Assembly (NCBI GenBank): GCA_009914755.4
Contig: CP068257.2
Location: 29,920,001-29,984,000 of the forward strand
Origin: the human T2T-CHM13v2.0 reference genome, Homo sapiens
Reading direction: 5' to 3'
DNA: 64,000 nt
The first letter of the stretch is position 1, and every line of letters starts with the position of its first letter. The notes beneath the pieces were generated by a model. That model did not search any database, was not told where the DNA came from, and saw nothing but the letters and a program-made list of their open reading frames with translations. Shown here in pieces: positions 1 through 13,970 of this stretch. The translations under genes and the position numbers were made by a program.

Positions 1-278
<278 letters not shown>

Positions 279-472
279 TGAGTCGAAGTATCTGCATGAA
301 ATAAAAATATAATTTATGTCAGAAAAAATATTAAACTAGATCATTACTACTGAGTAAAATTGTGAATTAAGTGTGATTTAAGCAAAACCAACTCAAGTTT
401 GATAGACAAAAACTGCGTCCCTACTACAAAGGTAGCTGAGAGATGTAGGCTGGATCCTTAACAAGAAACCTC

Positions 473-842
<370 letters not shown>

Positions 843-3800
843 TCAAAACTCTGCCATGGCAAGAATGAGCATCCAAATACCTTAATAACTCTGGAATCCA
901 AAGAAAATTTCAGGTGAAAGGAAGTGCACGTGGCACCGCCTTCATCTCTCCACCAACAAGCACAGCCGACCCCAGTTAGAACACACTTTGAAACCAAAAG
1001 GCAGATGCTGCTAACCACTAGAACAAAGCAGAATCTGCCATCAGAACAGTACTAGATAGAGTTATTTAAAACATACTCAGAGTTACAGCTGGGACACTTG
1101 GGACACAGGATTCTGAGAGACCAAAGTGGGTCATTTTTGAGCATGTCAGGTGGTAGAATTAATAATGACACCAGGCAACAGGCATGAGGAGGAGTGTCCT
1201 GGGGTACCCCACGGAGCTTGGGGCCTTAGCAGTGTGGAGATGCACCCTGTGGTTATCAGTACCCAGGTAGCCCATATTATGCTAAAGAACTTGCCCTCCA
1301 AATTATCACTTTCCAAAGATATCCTGTGTCCTGTGAGGAGATGGAGATGCACATTCTGCAAGAAGGAAAGAACTTACACTTTACTCCAGTTGGTTGGGTG
1401 AGGGTCCTGTTAAGTTTCAAACAAAACAAAACCCACAGAAGGTCATGGCAAGAATAAACCCCGTGGTTCTGAGCCTCTGAAAACACTGCCCAAAGAGTGA
1501 GTGGGAACGAGCTCATGAGACCCTCCTGGACTTTCCTGCAAGAAATTATCATTTGCCTGGAATGCGGCCACCCAGCCCAGGTGATGGCCAAAAGAGGGTT
1601 GGGTTGATAGAGATCTTGCCCCAGGATCTGAAGAAGCCCTGGAAGGTGAGGCCTGGGGCTGCAATCTTTCCCAACAGACAATGGAGGCCTCCAACAAGGC
1701 TCAGAGGAGAGGTTTTGCAGGTCAGACCCTCACCCCTACCTCAAGGCCCCTCAACAAGCAGACGTCACTATTGTCCCGATCCCACCTTCCCTCCTGAGCA
1801 AGCAATGGGTAGCAAATCCTGTTCACCCCATTTCCATGGTCCTGACATCTCCCCTTCCCCTAGCGAAGAGGATTCCAAGACCCACTCCTCATCGTGACCT
1901 CCCCCTGCCCCCAGATGACGCGGTGGCTTTCTGGGGCTCATTATTACCCCTGCAGAGTGGGCAGAGGAAACCAAGAGCAGGAACTAGGATTGATGGATTG
2001 ACCTATGTTTACAAGGTTAGCAGCTCTCAGGCAAGGTGGGAGGGACAGTGGAAGGGAGGCAGGAGAACGCTCCTTTGGAAACAGGCTTTGCAAAGCCAGG
2101 ATTTTTTGGCAGGATATCCTGTCTTCCTCATGGTCACAGAGAAGCGTGTTTTGGGTCTTTAAGGAAAAGCAACTGAATCCTCATAGCCCAATCTCCAATC
2201 AGTTTCTCCACCCATTCCAAGCTTGGACACTCAGCCCCACTGCCTCCCAATTATATCTTTTTCCCAGCACAACTGCATTAGAGTCCTTTGCTCTTTAATA
2301 AAATCATACTCTAGCGGGGCAGAAGCTGGAATAAATAATACAGGTGTTATTTTCTTAAAACCAAAGACACTTCCCCCTCCCTTTCATCTTTCTTTCATGA
2401 ATTCAAAGTGGTCCCAAACAGAAAACATCCATATTATACTTCAGTTTTGCTAGGTTCCAAAAGGCTAGGATGCCCCCACTCCAACTACACCCAAGTCTTC
2501 CTTTAAGGAAAGAAATACTTGGTGACAGGACCAAGCCTCAAAGGGCCCTGGGCCCATTCTGAAACTGAGATTGTGCTCAGCTGAAAGAAACTTCCTCCCA
2601 CAGAGTTCTTCGATGAATCATCACTCTTTGTTTAACATCCTCTGAAAGCAGACAATTGATCGGCTCTCAGATCATGCCTGCGTAGTACCCCCACCCCCTC
2701 CACCTCTGCAATCCTTTCAGTGAGCTGAGACCCCACTCCAGGGCTCCGTGGTAGGATGCAGTCTCCCAGCTCTGCCTCAGCCCAGAGGGAGAAGAACCTC
2801 TTCACCTAGTGAAAGAGCTTCAAGGTCTTCTAGAAGAATCTCACACACGCACTGGAGGAATCTCTGCGGCTTCCCATGCCCACAGTCTAGGCCCTTATGA
2901 ATTTCTTAATGAGGTCCCTGGAGACCACAGGAACAGGGAAGGTCTTATGCTGGAGGGTGTGGAGGACGGTGCCAGAGGCTGGGAAGGGAATGGAAGGGGA
3001 AAACTCCACCTAACTATTAATATCGTGTACCCTTTTACACTAGAACATTGTTTTATTTTAAAAAACACTCTGTTCCTTGCTGAGTACTGCTTTATTTCTG
3101 AATGTCTCTTTTATTATTTTTTTAATAAATGATTTGGCCTACAATGATGATGAGAGAGAATTTGTTCTTTTTTTTTTTTTTTACACAGGAGTTATAGCTT
3201 ATATAAAATGGAGTACTTAGAGATGAAAAGACCTGAAGTTTGGAATTGGGAAAAACAGAAACGTTTACTAGAGCCCTGCTAATCTGATTTTTCTGGTCCA
3301 GAATTGAGGGAAAAACAAAAGGAGAGTTACCCTTAGAAACATACCTTCTACCTGTTTGCTTAATTTAGAAAGAAAATGTACATGTAAATATACATGTGTG
3401 TATATAACATACACACACACATCCCCAGTGAAAGTGTGTTTTTGATACAGAAGACCAAATGACTGGAGATCGTAAAACGAGGCTCTTTCTTAACCACGAG
3501 CCTGAGTCCGTGGTGTTCAGCACTTTCATGAGAATCTGTAACCTGGCCCAGAGGAACAGAATTTTCTTCCTGGCTTCTCACTCCCACTCCTCTGCCCTCC
3601 TCAAGCAGACAGAAGCCCCCTCTCCCGGCACAGATTTCTAGGCAAGGCTTTGATGTGGTTCCCATGCTCTCACCTGCCTTCCTCATTTGGAAAAACCAGA
3701 GGCTTCTACTGCACATCTATGAAAGTGTTGTCTCACAAAACGTGTTTCTCCTTTAGACAGTATGATCCTTGCAGAAATCGCAGAAGTGTTAATACATGCA

Positions 3801-5434
3801 CCTAGTAGGCCCTCAGCAAACTCTCCCAAGGAATTCCTGCTCAGGGCTCCAGGGTTTCAGTCGGCACACTAGAACTGCAGGAATCTGGGGGGAAGGAGAC
3901 AGGCCCAACGCTGCTTTTCCTTTCTGGTTTAGAGGGGGAGGGGAGAAGAGAGGAGCAAGGAGAAAGAACTGCAAAGGGAAAGGAGAGGAAGTCTTTGTCC
4001 GGGCTCTTTGGACGAGCATTAGAGTGGAGTTAAATTGTCAGCTAATGAGATTTCCTAACCACGTGCTCCCTTTTAAGTCTAGGCCCCCAACTGATTTGAT
4101 CCCCACACAACAGCAGGGGGGAAAGAGGCCTTCAGCATCCCTAAGGGCGCGAGAATTCCCAGAACAAGTACAAGAAGGATGAGAATCATTTCTGAGAGTT
4201 CAACTTTAAATAGGTTATCATATTTATTAATTGACATCTAGCAACAATGCTACTGGCCGCGTTCCACATCAACAGCCGAATAGGGGTTCACGGGAGTCAG
4301 ATTCCACTCGGGGTAACTGAGGCAGGCCCAGGGGAACGGAAGAGACAGAGCGCAATCCTGAGGGCTTCTCCAACCACTGGACAGCCTACAAGTCGAGTTT
4401 ATGTTTGTTTGTTTGCCTGTTTTGGCTGGCAAAGGCCCCTGGGGCCTACATTCAAAGAATGTGTTGTTGGACCCAATAATTTATTCCAACAGGCAAAAGG
4501 GTGTTAAAACAGGAAGTTTTTTTTTTTCAATAAAATCTTTGTCGTTAAGCCTGAGATCATCTGATCTGATTATGGACTGTTATTATTTTGTGTTGTTTAT
4601 TTCTATATGAAACTGATTTCTCTTTTTGCCTAAAGAAAAGTAGCAGTGCAGAGCTAGTGGAGGAAAAACAACTCAAAACACATTCACAACATTTTGAAGA
4701 TATTCAATGAAATTGATTCTCTTCTACCTTCCCTGCTTAGTCAACAGCCTCTTCCTTAAGTTTTATTTCTCCTCTATTCAAAGATAATTACTTAGCAACG
4801 TCGGTGTTTACCACGCAAAGGCATCCACCCTCCCTAGCCCAGCTTTTTACCTTGAGATACAAAAAAGCATATGCTGGAAACCAACAATTTACCAAACTTC
4901 TTCAGCTACAAGGCATAGCTTAAATTTCATCTCTCCTAGAAAGTGTTCCCTCCTAACCTCCAGACATCTCTTTGTTCAAACCTCCCTCCTTCCTGGACTT
5001 AATCACTTTCCACAGCAGTCCTTGGTTCACTGGCAACTGCTTTCCACCTGGAAGGGTTTTTCCTTCTCCAAACCCAGGTCTGGGTCCCAGCAGAATCTTG
5101 AAGAAGAAAGAAGAAACAACTAAAACCTAATGGAAATTCAAACACATTTTTAAAAGGGCTGCAAGCGATTAGATAAATCTAATTAAACCTAAGGCCAAGT
5201 AAAACAAGTCCTGTTTGAAGCTGAGAACAGCAGTCCTTCATGCCTTTTATAATAAAAAGAAATTGGGGCTGGGGGAGTGAAGAACGCAGAAAAGGAAAGC
5301 GACAAGGGGCCATCCTCTATTACAGATTTCCTCTAACACAGAATCAACAGGACTCTAATATTTCATACGTGGCTGTCACTGTGCTTTGAGGTTAATCTAT
5401 ATGGTCGTTTAAGCCCCGCCCCCCTAGAGGTTAT

Positions 5435-5590
5435 TCCTTATCCCCACTTTACAGATGCGCAAACTGAGACAAAGGAAGATAGAATAGCTCGGCCGGGATC
5501 ACCCAGCTTGTGAGTGACACCGAGCAGGTACTGGAACCCGGGTTTGTTTGACCTCAGCGCACAGGCTCTAAACCTCTGCTCCAACTCAAA
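5435..5590 (-). mobile_element. MIR SINE fragment, antisense
   Basis: 'ccccactttacagatgcgcaaactgagacaaagg...gatcacccagcttgtgagtgac...ggaacccgggtttg' matches reverse-complement MIR core ('ccccattttacagatgaggaaactgaggcacagag...'). Confidence 0.5.
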
Positions 5591-7720
5591 GTATGCGCCA
5601 AGTCAGCGTGCATGGGTAACCCGATCCGGACGGCTCTGACTCGGGATGCGGCACAGCTGCCCTGCGGGGCCGCGCGGGTGTCACCGAGGCGGGCACAGAC
5701 TGCACAGTGTCCCCAAGGGCTCGCGCACGTCCTTCAAGACCTGCCAGCGCGCGGGAAAAGGCAGGCTCCGAGTCAACCAGGGCTGACCCGGGGGCAAGAC
5801 CAGGAGACGCGACGACTGGAACCGGGTGAGTGTGGCCGAGTCGGCGCCCCGAGGGCCGCCAGCCTGGACCCCAGGCTGGGACACGGGCGCCCCCGGGTGC
5901 AGGGGACCTAGAGGCGCCGTGCGCGGCGGGGGCTGGGCGCGAAGGCGCCGAGACGGCATCTTTCCCCTGCAGCATCCCGCCCCGCGGCCGGGGGGAGGGG
6001 GCGTCACCTGACAGCGCGCAACAACTTCTCCAGGTTTCGAGGGGGCAAGCGGCAGCCGCCGGGGCTGGGGGGCGCACGGCGCGCTGCTCTCGCCCAATGG
6101 CGAGGTCTGTAAACAAAAGCGGGCCCCACGCGGGTCCCCAGCCGGGTGGCGAGGGGCGCGGCGCAGCAGCATCGCAGCGGCAGAGCTGGTGAGAGGGCGA
6201 GGCGGGGACGGGATAGGGCGCGGGGACCCAGGGCACAGTCCCCGGGACCCGACCGCCCGGATGAGGCATTGTCTGCGCACCCGCAGGATTCCGCTTTTAA
6301 TGCCCCCCTCCGGGGGTTCGTCGCGGGTCCCCAGCTCCGTGCGCCGGCCCCCGGGCTTTCCGCCCGGTGAGCCCGGCCCCGAGGGCGGCACGGATCGCCA
6401 AGGTGAGCGCCCAGGACGCGTCGCCGAAAAGCCAGGCCCGGAGGTGCCTAAGTCAGGGACCGAGACGCAAACATAGACACAAGGATGCACAAGCACGCCC
6501 TCCCCGAAGTTGACAAAAATCAGCCGATAAAATACAAAGTGCCGCGGCCGCCGCAGGTCAGCGCTGACCTCCTGCTGCCGAGAGGACCGAATGCCGACGT
6601 CCGGACGCTGTCATTTCCATCCAGCGAAGGCACCTGGGCTGCACGGTCTCGTCTCCCTCCTTCGCGCGAGGGATGCCTCCTCCTGCCTCTCCTCCCCGCA
6701 TCTCCCCACCTCCCAAGTGTGTGAACACGAAAACAATACGTGGAAAGCCCGATCGGGGGGAGCTAGGACCCGCCGGGAGCCCCAGTGTGCGGGAGACGGG
6801 GGTCAGAACGTGCCCGGCACGGGCACCGAGGCTCCGGGCATCCTCGCCGCCGTCTCCCGGGGCGGCTCCGGCCGGACGCCCGCGCACCCCAGGCCCGCGG
6901 TACTCACCCGCGACGGTCGTCCGGGATCTCCGCGACGGGGCCGGGCACGATGCGGGGCAGCCGTGCCCCTGGGGCTGCGGGCGCCAAGGCGTCCGCGGAG
7001 CTGCAGAGCTGCGCGCCCGACGGCGGCGGCGCTGCTCTGCCGGCCGCGCTCGAACCCGCTCGTGGTCTGCCAATCGGAGCTGTCAGGGCCCCTCCGCCTG
7101 CGGCCTCGGGGGCCGGGCCGCGGGAGCCCGTGGGAAACCGAGCTCCGATTGGGCCGCCTGACAATCGCTCCGCCTCCGGCCAGCCAATCCGAGGCGGTGG
7201 ATGCAGGAGCGGGGCGTTCGGAGTTGGGCTGTAGAGCGACTATGGGCGCACGCCGGGTATCCGCGCCGCAGCCAGGCTCGGAGCGCGCGGCTGGAGGGGC
7301 GCGGGCGGCGCGCGCTCCAGAGATGCCTTCCTGCGAGGCTCCGTCAGCGCGGCCCGGGGAGATCGCCCGCAGGCAGCGGAGGCGCGGCGGGCCGGGGGAC
7401 GACCAGGGAGCCCCTAACAAAGCAGCTTTGGGAGGGCCGGAGGCCTCTGCCTCCCTCGGCGATAGGTCCGCGAAGCTGCCTGTCATCTCGCATAGGTGGA
7501 GGTGGCCAATGGCGTGCACAGACGGAGCTCTAGTTGGCGCGCGCGCGCGGCTCGGCATCGGTGGGATTGGTCGGAGGTAAAGGATTTTCCTGCCACCTAA
7601 GGCGGAGAGGAAGGGGGATCGAAACGGGGGAGGCGAAGAGTCAAAAAATGTTGTGCCTGGGACAAGTGGTCTGGCGCGGGAGGCGTGTGCCTGGCTCTAG
7701 GGGGAGACAGGAACTTTTTT
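5590..7720. promoter_or_regulatory. CpG island (~2.1 kb), promoter-associated; probably bidirectional
   Basis: Abrupt shift to very high G+C with dense CpG (e.g. 11 CpG in 7501-7560, runs 'gcgcgcgcgcgcgg'), many GGGCGG/CCGCCC (Sp1-like) motifs, no TATA box; flanks are AT-richer, CpG-depleted repeat-laden DNA. Confidence 0.8.
7066..7570. promoter_or_regulatory. Cluster of CCAAT boxes (NF-Y-type) in both orientations
   Basis: CCAAT at ~7070 ('ctgccaatcgg'), ATTGG at ~7147, CCAAT ~7186 ('cagccaatccg'), ~7508 ('gtggccaatggcg'), ATTGG ~7565; also 'cgcccaatggcg' at ~6095. 'gccaatcggagct' (7068-7080) and 'agctccgattggc' (7141-7153) are exact reverse complements. Confidence 0.45.
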
Positions 7721-9239
7721 ACGAGAGAAAAAAATCCTAACGCAATCCCTTCCCGTGGATGCTAGAGGATGTTAGACCCTGAGCAGCCTCCAGGTAGGGC
7801 ATGGTGGCCTTCACCAGAGTCCAGGACTCCCAGGGTTCACTTACCGTGCCCAGCAAGCGAACTTGGAATAACAGCGTGGGGTTTGGGCCTTACGCTTACC
7901 TGCTGGGCAGAGTAAGTGACTCGGGCAGGGTTCACGCAGACCTCCTGGGCTCCTCTGTAAAATCCGGAAACTACAGTTGCAGTTTACCTCTCGCAAGGTT
8001 GTGGAGAACGCGGAAACGGAGACGCTGGCGGTACAGCCTCGAGCGAAACCTTTCCCTACACGAGGCCGGAGCTTCCTCCTCTCCTGAAGAGCTCTAGACT
8101 TCCCCATTTACAACAAAGGCTGGGATGTATGTTCCTTACACCTTGATTCCATACACACGTGTTCGCCCCGGGAGCTGGGAAGGTCTGCGCTCCCGGGGTG
8201 ATCTTGTTGAAAACAAAAAGAATTGCCCACGCTGTGGAAGATAAACCTAAACCGGAAAATTGAAAGTCATCCCTGATTCCTCCTTCTTCTTAACCCTCTC
8301 CCATCCATTTTTGTTAACCTCCCAAACCCATTCCTCCCATCCTGTCTCACCTGGACCTCAGTAAAGGGCTCCCATCGTCCTTCTGTCCCAGGCCTTGCCC
8401 CCTGAAATCTGTTCTCCACTTTGCAGAATGATCCTTCTAAGCAGAAAAATCTCATTTTGCGCTCCCAACTCTGGGTCTCTTTTCTTTCCCCAGAACACGT
8501 CAACCCCCAGCCCCTCCCTTCACTTCACTAATTCCTACCCTTCTTCAGATCCCAGCTTGGCCGCCAAGGCATCCATGCAGTAGGCATTGCTGAACTACTG
8601 CTCTTACAGACCCCGGGAAGCCTCCTGTACCCTGTCAAGGTTAGATGCCACATTTCCACTTCCAGTGCTTCCACCCCCTGTGCTCCCCTCACAGGCCTGT
8701 ATGACACGGGGCTGAAGTTGCCTGTTGCACTGCAGCCTTCCATGGAAGCCGGAATCTTATCTATCTTCCCTGCTGGATCCCAGTCCTAGCACAGTGTTTG
8801 GCACATTTGGGGCACTGAAAAAACATGGAATCCATGAATTATAGAGGAGCTATAATTATAGGCAAGAGCTTTAAGGATTTGAAGTGCTTCTAAAACATCA
8901 GTTTGAGAAGAATGGGTAGCATGGTAGCTCTTGAACGGATGCGTCCACCAGGTTCCATGATCAGTATTACAGGGAGGTTTTTGAGTCAAGTTTGAGAGAT
9001 TTTCCAAAGACACCCCTTCCAAAACCAGCCTCGTTTCAGCCAACAGCTTGGAATGGAGAATAATTCCCTTGAGAAGCTTTTCATCCCAGGACAAAGAGCC
9101 ATTTCTTTACCTGTTACAAGCCACCATCTAGGGGAAATACATATATTTGAAAATGAGTAGAGGGTTTTTCCCTAAGGAAGTTTAGAAGTACATCTGGCCA
9201 TCCTTAAAAGAACAGACCCTGGAGTGAGGCTGCCTAATT

Positions 9240-9391
9240 TCAGGCCCGGTTCCTTTCTAGCTGTTACCTAGGGCAAGTTACTTCAGGCCTCCGTGCCTCG
9301 GTTTCCCCATTTATATAAATGAGATAACAATAGTGCTTCATACCACATACAGTTGGTACGAGGATGAATGAGTTAATATTAACAATGTGCT
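9240..9391 (+). mobile_element. MIR SINE (5' two-thirds), interrupted by Alu
   Basis: 'ctagggcaagttacttcaggcctccgtgcctcggtttccccatttatataaatgagataacaatagtgc...gaggatgaatgagttaata' matches MIR core. Confidence 0.55.
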
Positions 9392-9716
9392 GGCCAGGCG
9401 CGGTGGCTCACTCCTGTAATCCTAGCACTTTGGGAGGCCAAGATGGGCAGATTGCCTGAGCTCAGGAGTTTGAGACCAGCCTGGGCAACACGGTGAAACC
9501 CCGTCTCTACTAAAAATACAAAAAATTAGCCGGGCATGGCGGTGTACTCCTGTGGTCCCAGCTACTCAGGAGGCTGAGGGCAGGAGAATTGCTTGAACCC
9601 AGAAGGCAGTGGTTGCAGTAAGCCGAGATTGCGCCACTGCACTCCAGCCTGGGCAACAGAACGAGACTCCGTCTCCAAAAAAAAAATAAATAAAAAACAA
9701 CAATTTAAAAAAAAAA
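9392..9716 (+). mobile_element. Alu SINE inserted into MIR
   Basis: 'ggccaggcgcggtggctcactcctgtaatcctagcactttgggaggcc...' to A-rich tail; TSD-like 'aa(c/a)aatgtg' on both sides. Confidence 0.9.
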
Positions 9717-9780
9717 TGTGTTTAGAAGAGTACCTGGCACATAGTAGCATTTAATAATGTTTACTGAATAAATAAACAGC
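9717..9780 (+). mobile_element. MIR 3' end (continuation after Alu)
   Basis: 'gagtacctggcacatagtagcatttaataatgtttactgaataaataaa' ~ MIR 3' end 'cagtgcctggcacatagtaagcgctcaataaatg'. Confidence 0.5.
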
Positions 9781-10019
9781 TTCCACTGGACATGTGTGTG
9801 ATGGGTAGGGAGTCCTCATGAGTGAGTGGCGGGTTACTAGAGGCTTCCCTGAAGGTGAGTAATGGGATCTCTCTTCCCTGCCTCATCTGAGGGCTGCTGC
9901 CTTAGGGTCTCCTGTTAAGGAGGTGACATTATTGTAAGGAGAACCTCAGATGAATCATCACAGCAGCCATCTGATTGCCTTGTGCCTAAGACGTCTGAAA
10001 AGCACTTTGAGATGCAGAA

Positions 10020-10210
10020 TCCTGGCGGTAGGTTGGCTGGGTTGAATCTCAGCTCTACCACCTACCAGCTCTGTAGCCTTGAGAAGGTTACTTAATCTTT
10101 CTTAAGCCTCAGTTTATTGATCTCTGAAATAAGGGTAGTAACACCTAACCCGTAAGGATACGGAGACAGTTAAAAAGAGGTCACGCGTAGCATATGGTAC
10201 AAACTCATCA
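10020..10210 (+). mobile_element. MIR SINE
   Basis: 'gaatctcagctctaccacctaccagctctgtagccttgagaaggttacttaatctttcttaagcctcagtttattgatctctgaaataagggtagtaacacc' matches MIR consensus. Confidence 0.55.
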
Positions 10211-10290
10211 AAGTTGGTGATCGGGTTCAGCTAAGTTAGTGAAAAACAGGATAATAACATTCCATTAAATGGTTGAAAAACCTGGATGAG

Positions 10291-10571
10291 GCCGGGTGTG
10301 GTGGCTCACCCCTGTAATCTCAGCACTTTTTGAGGCCAAGGCATGTGGATCACTTGAGGCCAGGAGTTAGAGATAAGCCTGGCCAACATGGTGAAATCCC
10401 TTCTCTACTAAAAATACAAAAATTAGCCAGGCGTGATGGTGCATACCTGTAATCCCAGCTACTCGGGAGGCTGGAGGCAGCAGATGCAGTGAGCCGAGAT
10501 CCAGCCACGGCACTCCAACCTGGGCAACAGAGTGAGACTGTCTCAAAAAAAAAAAAAAGAAAGAAAGAAAG
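10291..10571 (+). mobile_element. Alu SINE with internal deletion
   Basis: Alu consensus start to A/GAAA tail; perfect 16-bp TSD 'gaaaaacctggatgag' at 10275-10290 and 10572-10587. Confidence 0.9.
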
Positions 10572-10634
10572 AAAAACCTGGATGAGACAATGCAGGAGAA
10601 ATACTCACTGCCCATAGGGGAGATAGATACATAG

Positions 10635-11142
<508 letters not shown>

Positions 11143-11639
11143 TGGGTATCTTTCTTGACCTCGCAAACCTAAAAAGCTACTGCAGGCTTCAGTGCTGTTT
11201 CTTGTCTCCGCCCTACACGGTACATCGCTACTTCACACTGGCAAAGAGAATGGGGCATTTTGATTAAAATACAGACAAATGCCATCTGGCCGAGTATTCT
11301 GACATCTTATCTCCTGAGGGCACTGTTGACATCTAAAGAGAACATGGAATTGGCATTAAAGGAAAAAATGGGGTGGTCAAAGGCAGAATCAAGGTTTAGG
11401 GCAGGAGAATGAGCACAAGTTACATTTCTAGTACATGACCCTAGCTGCAACTAAGAGTCAACATTTTCTTCCCCACTGGTTATTGAAAGGCTGACTAAAC
11501 AATCGTAGCTGAGTTACAACAAATGGTCTTCCCCAGTACGAAGATACCTACACATGCGCTCTGGGCAGCCCTGCCTCACTTGTGTTCCTGAGCTGGTCTT
11601 TCTCTCTAACAGATGCTCCCTCAGGGTTAGACTTTGGCC

Positions 11640-11725
11640 TGTTTAATTCACTGCTCTATTCATAAAGTGTCTCGAACAGTGCCAAGCACATAGTATGTGC
11701 TCAATAAATATCTATTGGATGAATG
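11640..11725 (+). mobile_element. MIR 3' fragment
   Basis: 'gaacagtgccaagcacatagtatgtgctcaataaatatctattggatgaatgaa' ~ MIR 3' end. Confidence 0.45.
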
Positions 11726-11847
11726 AAGTTTAGCCTTCCGCACTCTACGAGGAGTTTGGCACTGAATTATTTTCTTTTCTGTCATCTATTTGTGGATGCC
11801 CTCTTTAAAGAAAGGACAGGAGGCAGCTTATACAAAAATAGATCTTG

Positions 11848-12651
<804 letters not shown>

Positions 12652-13260
12652 TTAATGCATACCCCACTGACACTGAAAAGTATGCTGACTTCTTTCTGAG
12701 TCATAAACTTTCACTGACTGTCTTTCAGGGGTACATTTTAGCCGGTATGTTGCAGTCTGTAGCCAGTTCTTACAACCTCTGTATTGCACCCTCTAATGAA
12801 AAAGGACAACCCCAGTATAAGGAGTCTCCCTCCCTTCTCCCAAACACCTTGTAACAGACTCCAGAACACTCCCAACTTTGTTGATGTGACTTCCCCCATC
12901 ATCAGTCTTCACATTTGGCTTCCAAGAAGCCTTTATCAAATTATTTCAGTCTTAATTTTGGTTGACATTTTATATATATATATATACGTACGTGTATGTC
13001 TTCTGTTGGTTCTGTTTTTTTTTTTTTTTTTTTGGAGAACCCTAATGCACATCCCAATAGTTTTTCCCATAACCATTCAATATTCCTCTGCAGACTTGCT
13101 ACCCAAAGTGTAGTCTGCGGATCAGCAGCAGTGGCATCGCCTGGTGTCAGAAACACAATCCCAGACACCAAGCCAGACACTTAACTCAAATCTACGTCTT
13201 AACACTCAGGTGATATATCTGTGTATAAAGTTTGAGAAGTACCTCATAACTTCTTTGGGG

Positions 13261-13970
<710 letters not shown>

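Noticed and set aside
5586-7580. Long GC-rich ORFs in the CpG island (e.g. 6591-7580 +, 329 aa; 5681-6496 -, 271 aa; 6803-7558 -, 251 aa; 5586-6269 -, 227 aa) as coding sequence
   Set aside because: - Products are extreme Pro/Arg/Gly/Ala low-complexity strings.
- Several mutually overlapping frames are open on both strands, as expected for about 75% GC DNA where stop codons are rare.
- Real first exons here are probably short 5'UTR or coding segments that cannot be delimited without transcript data.
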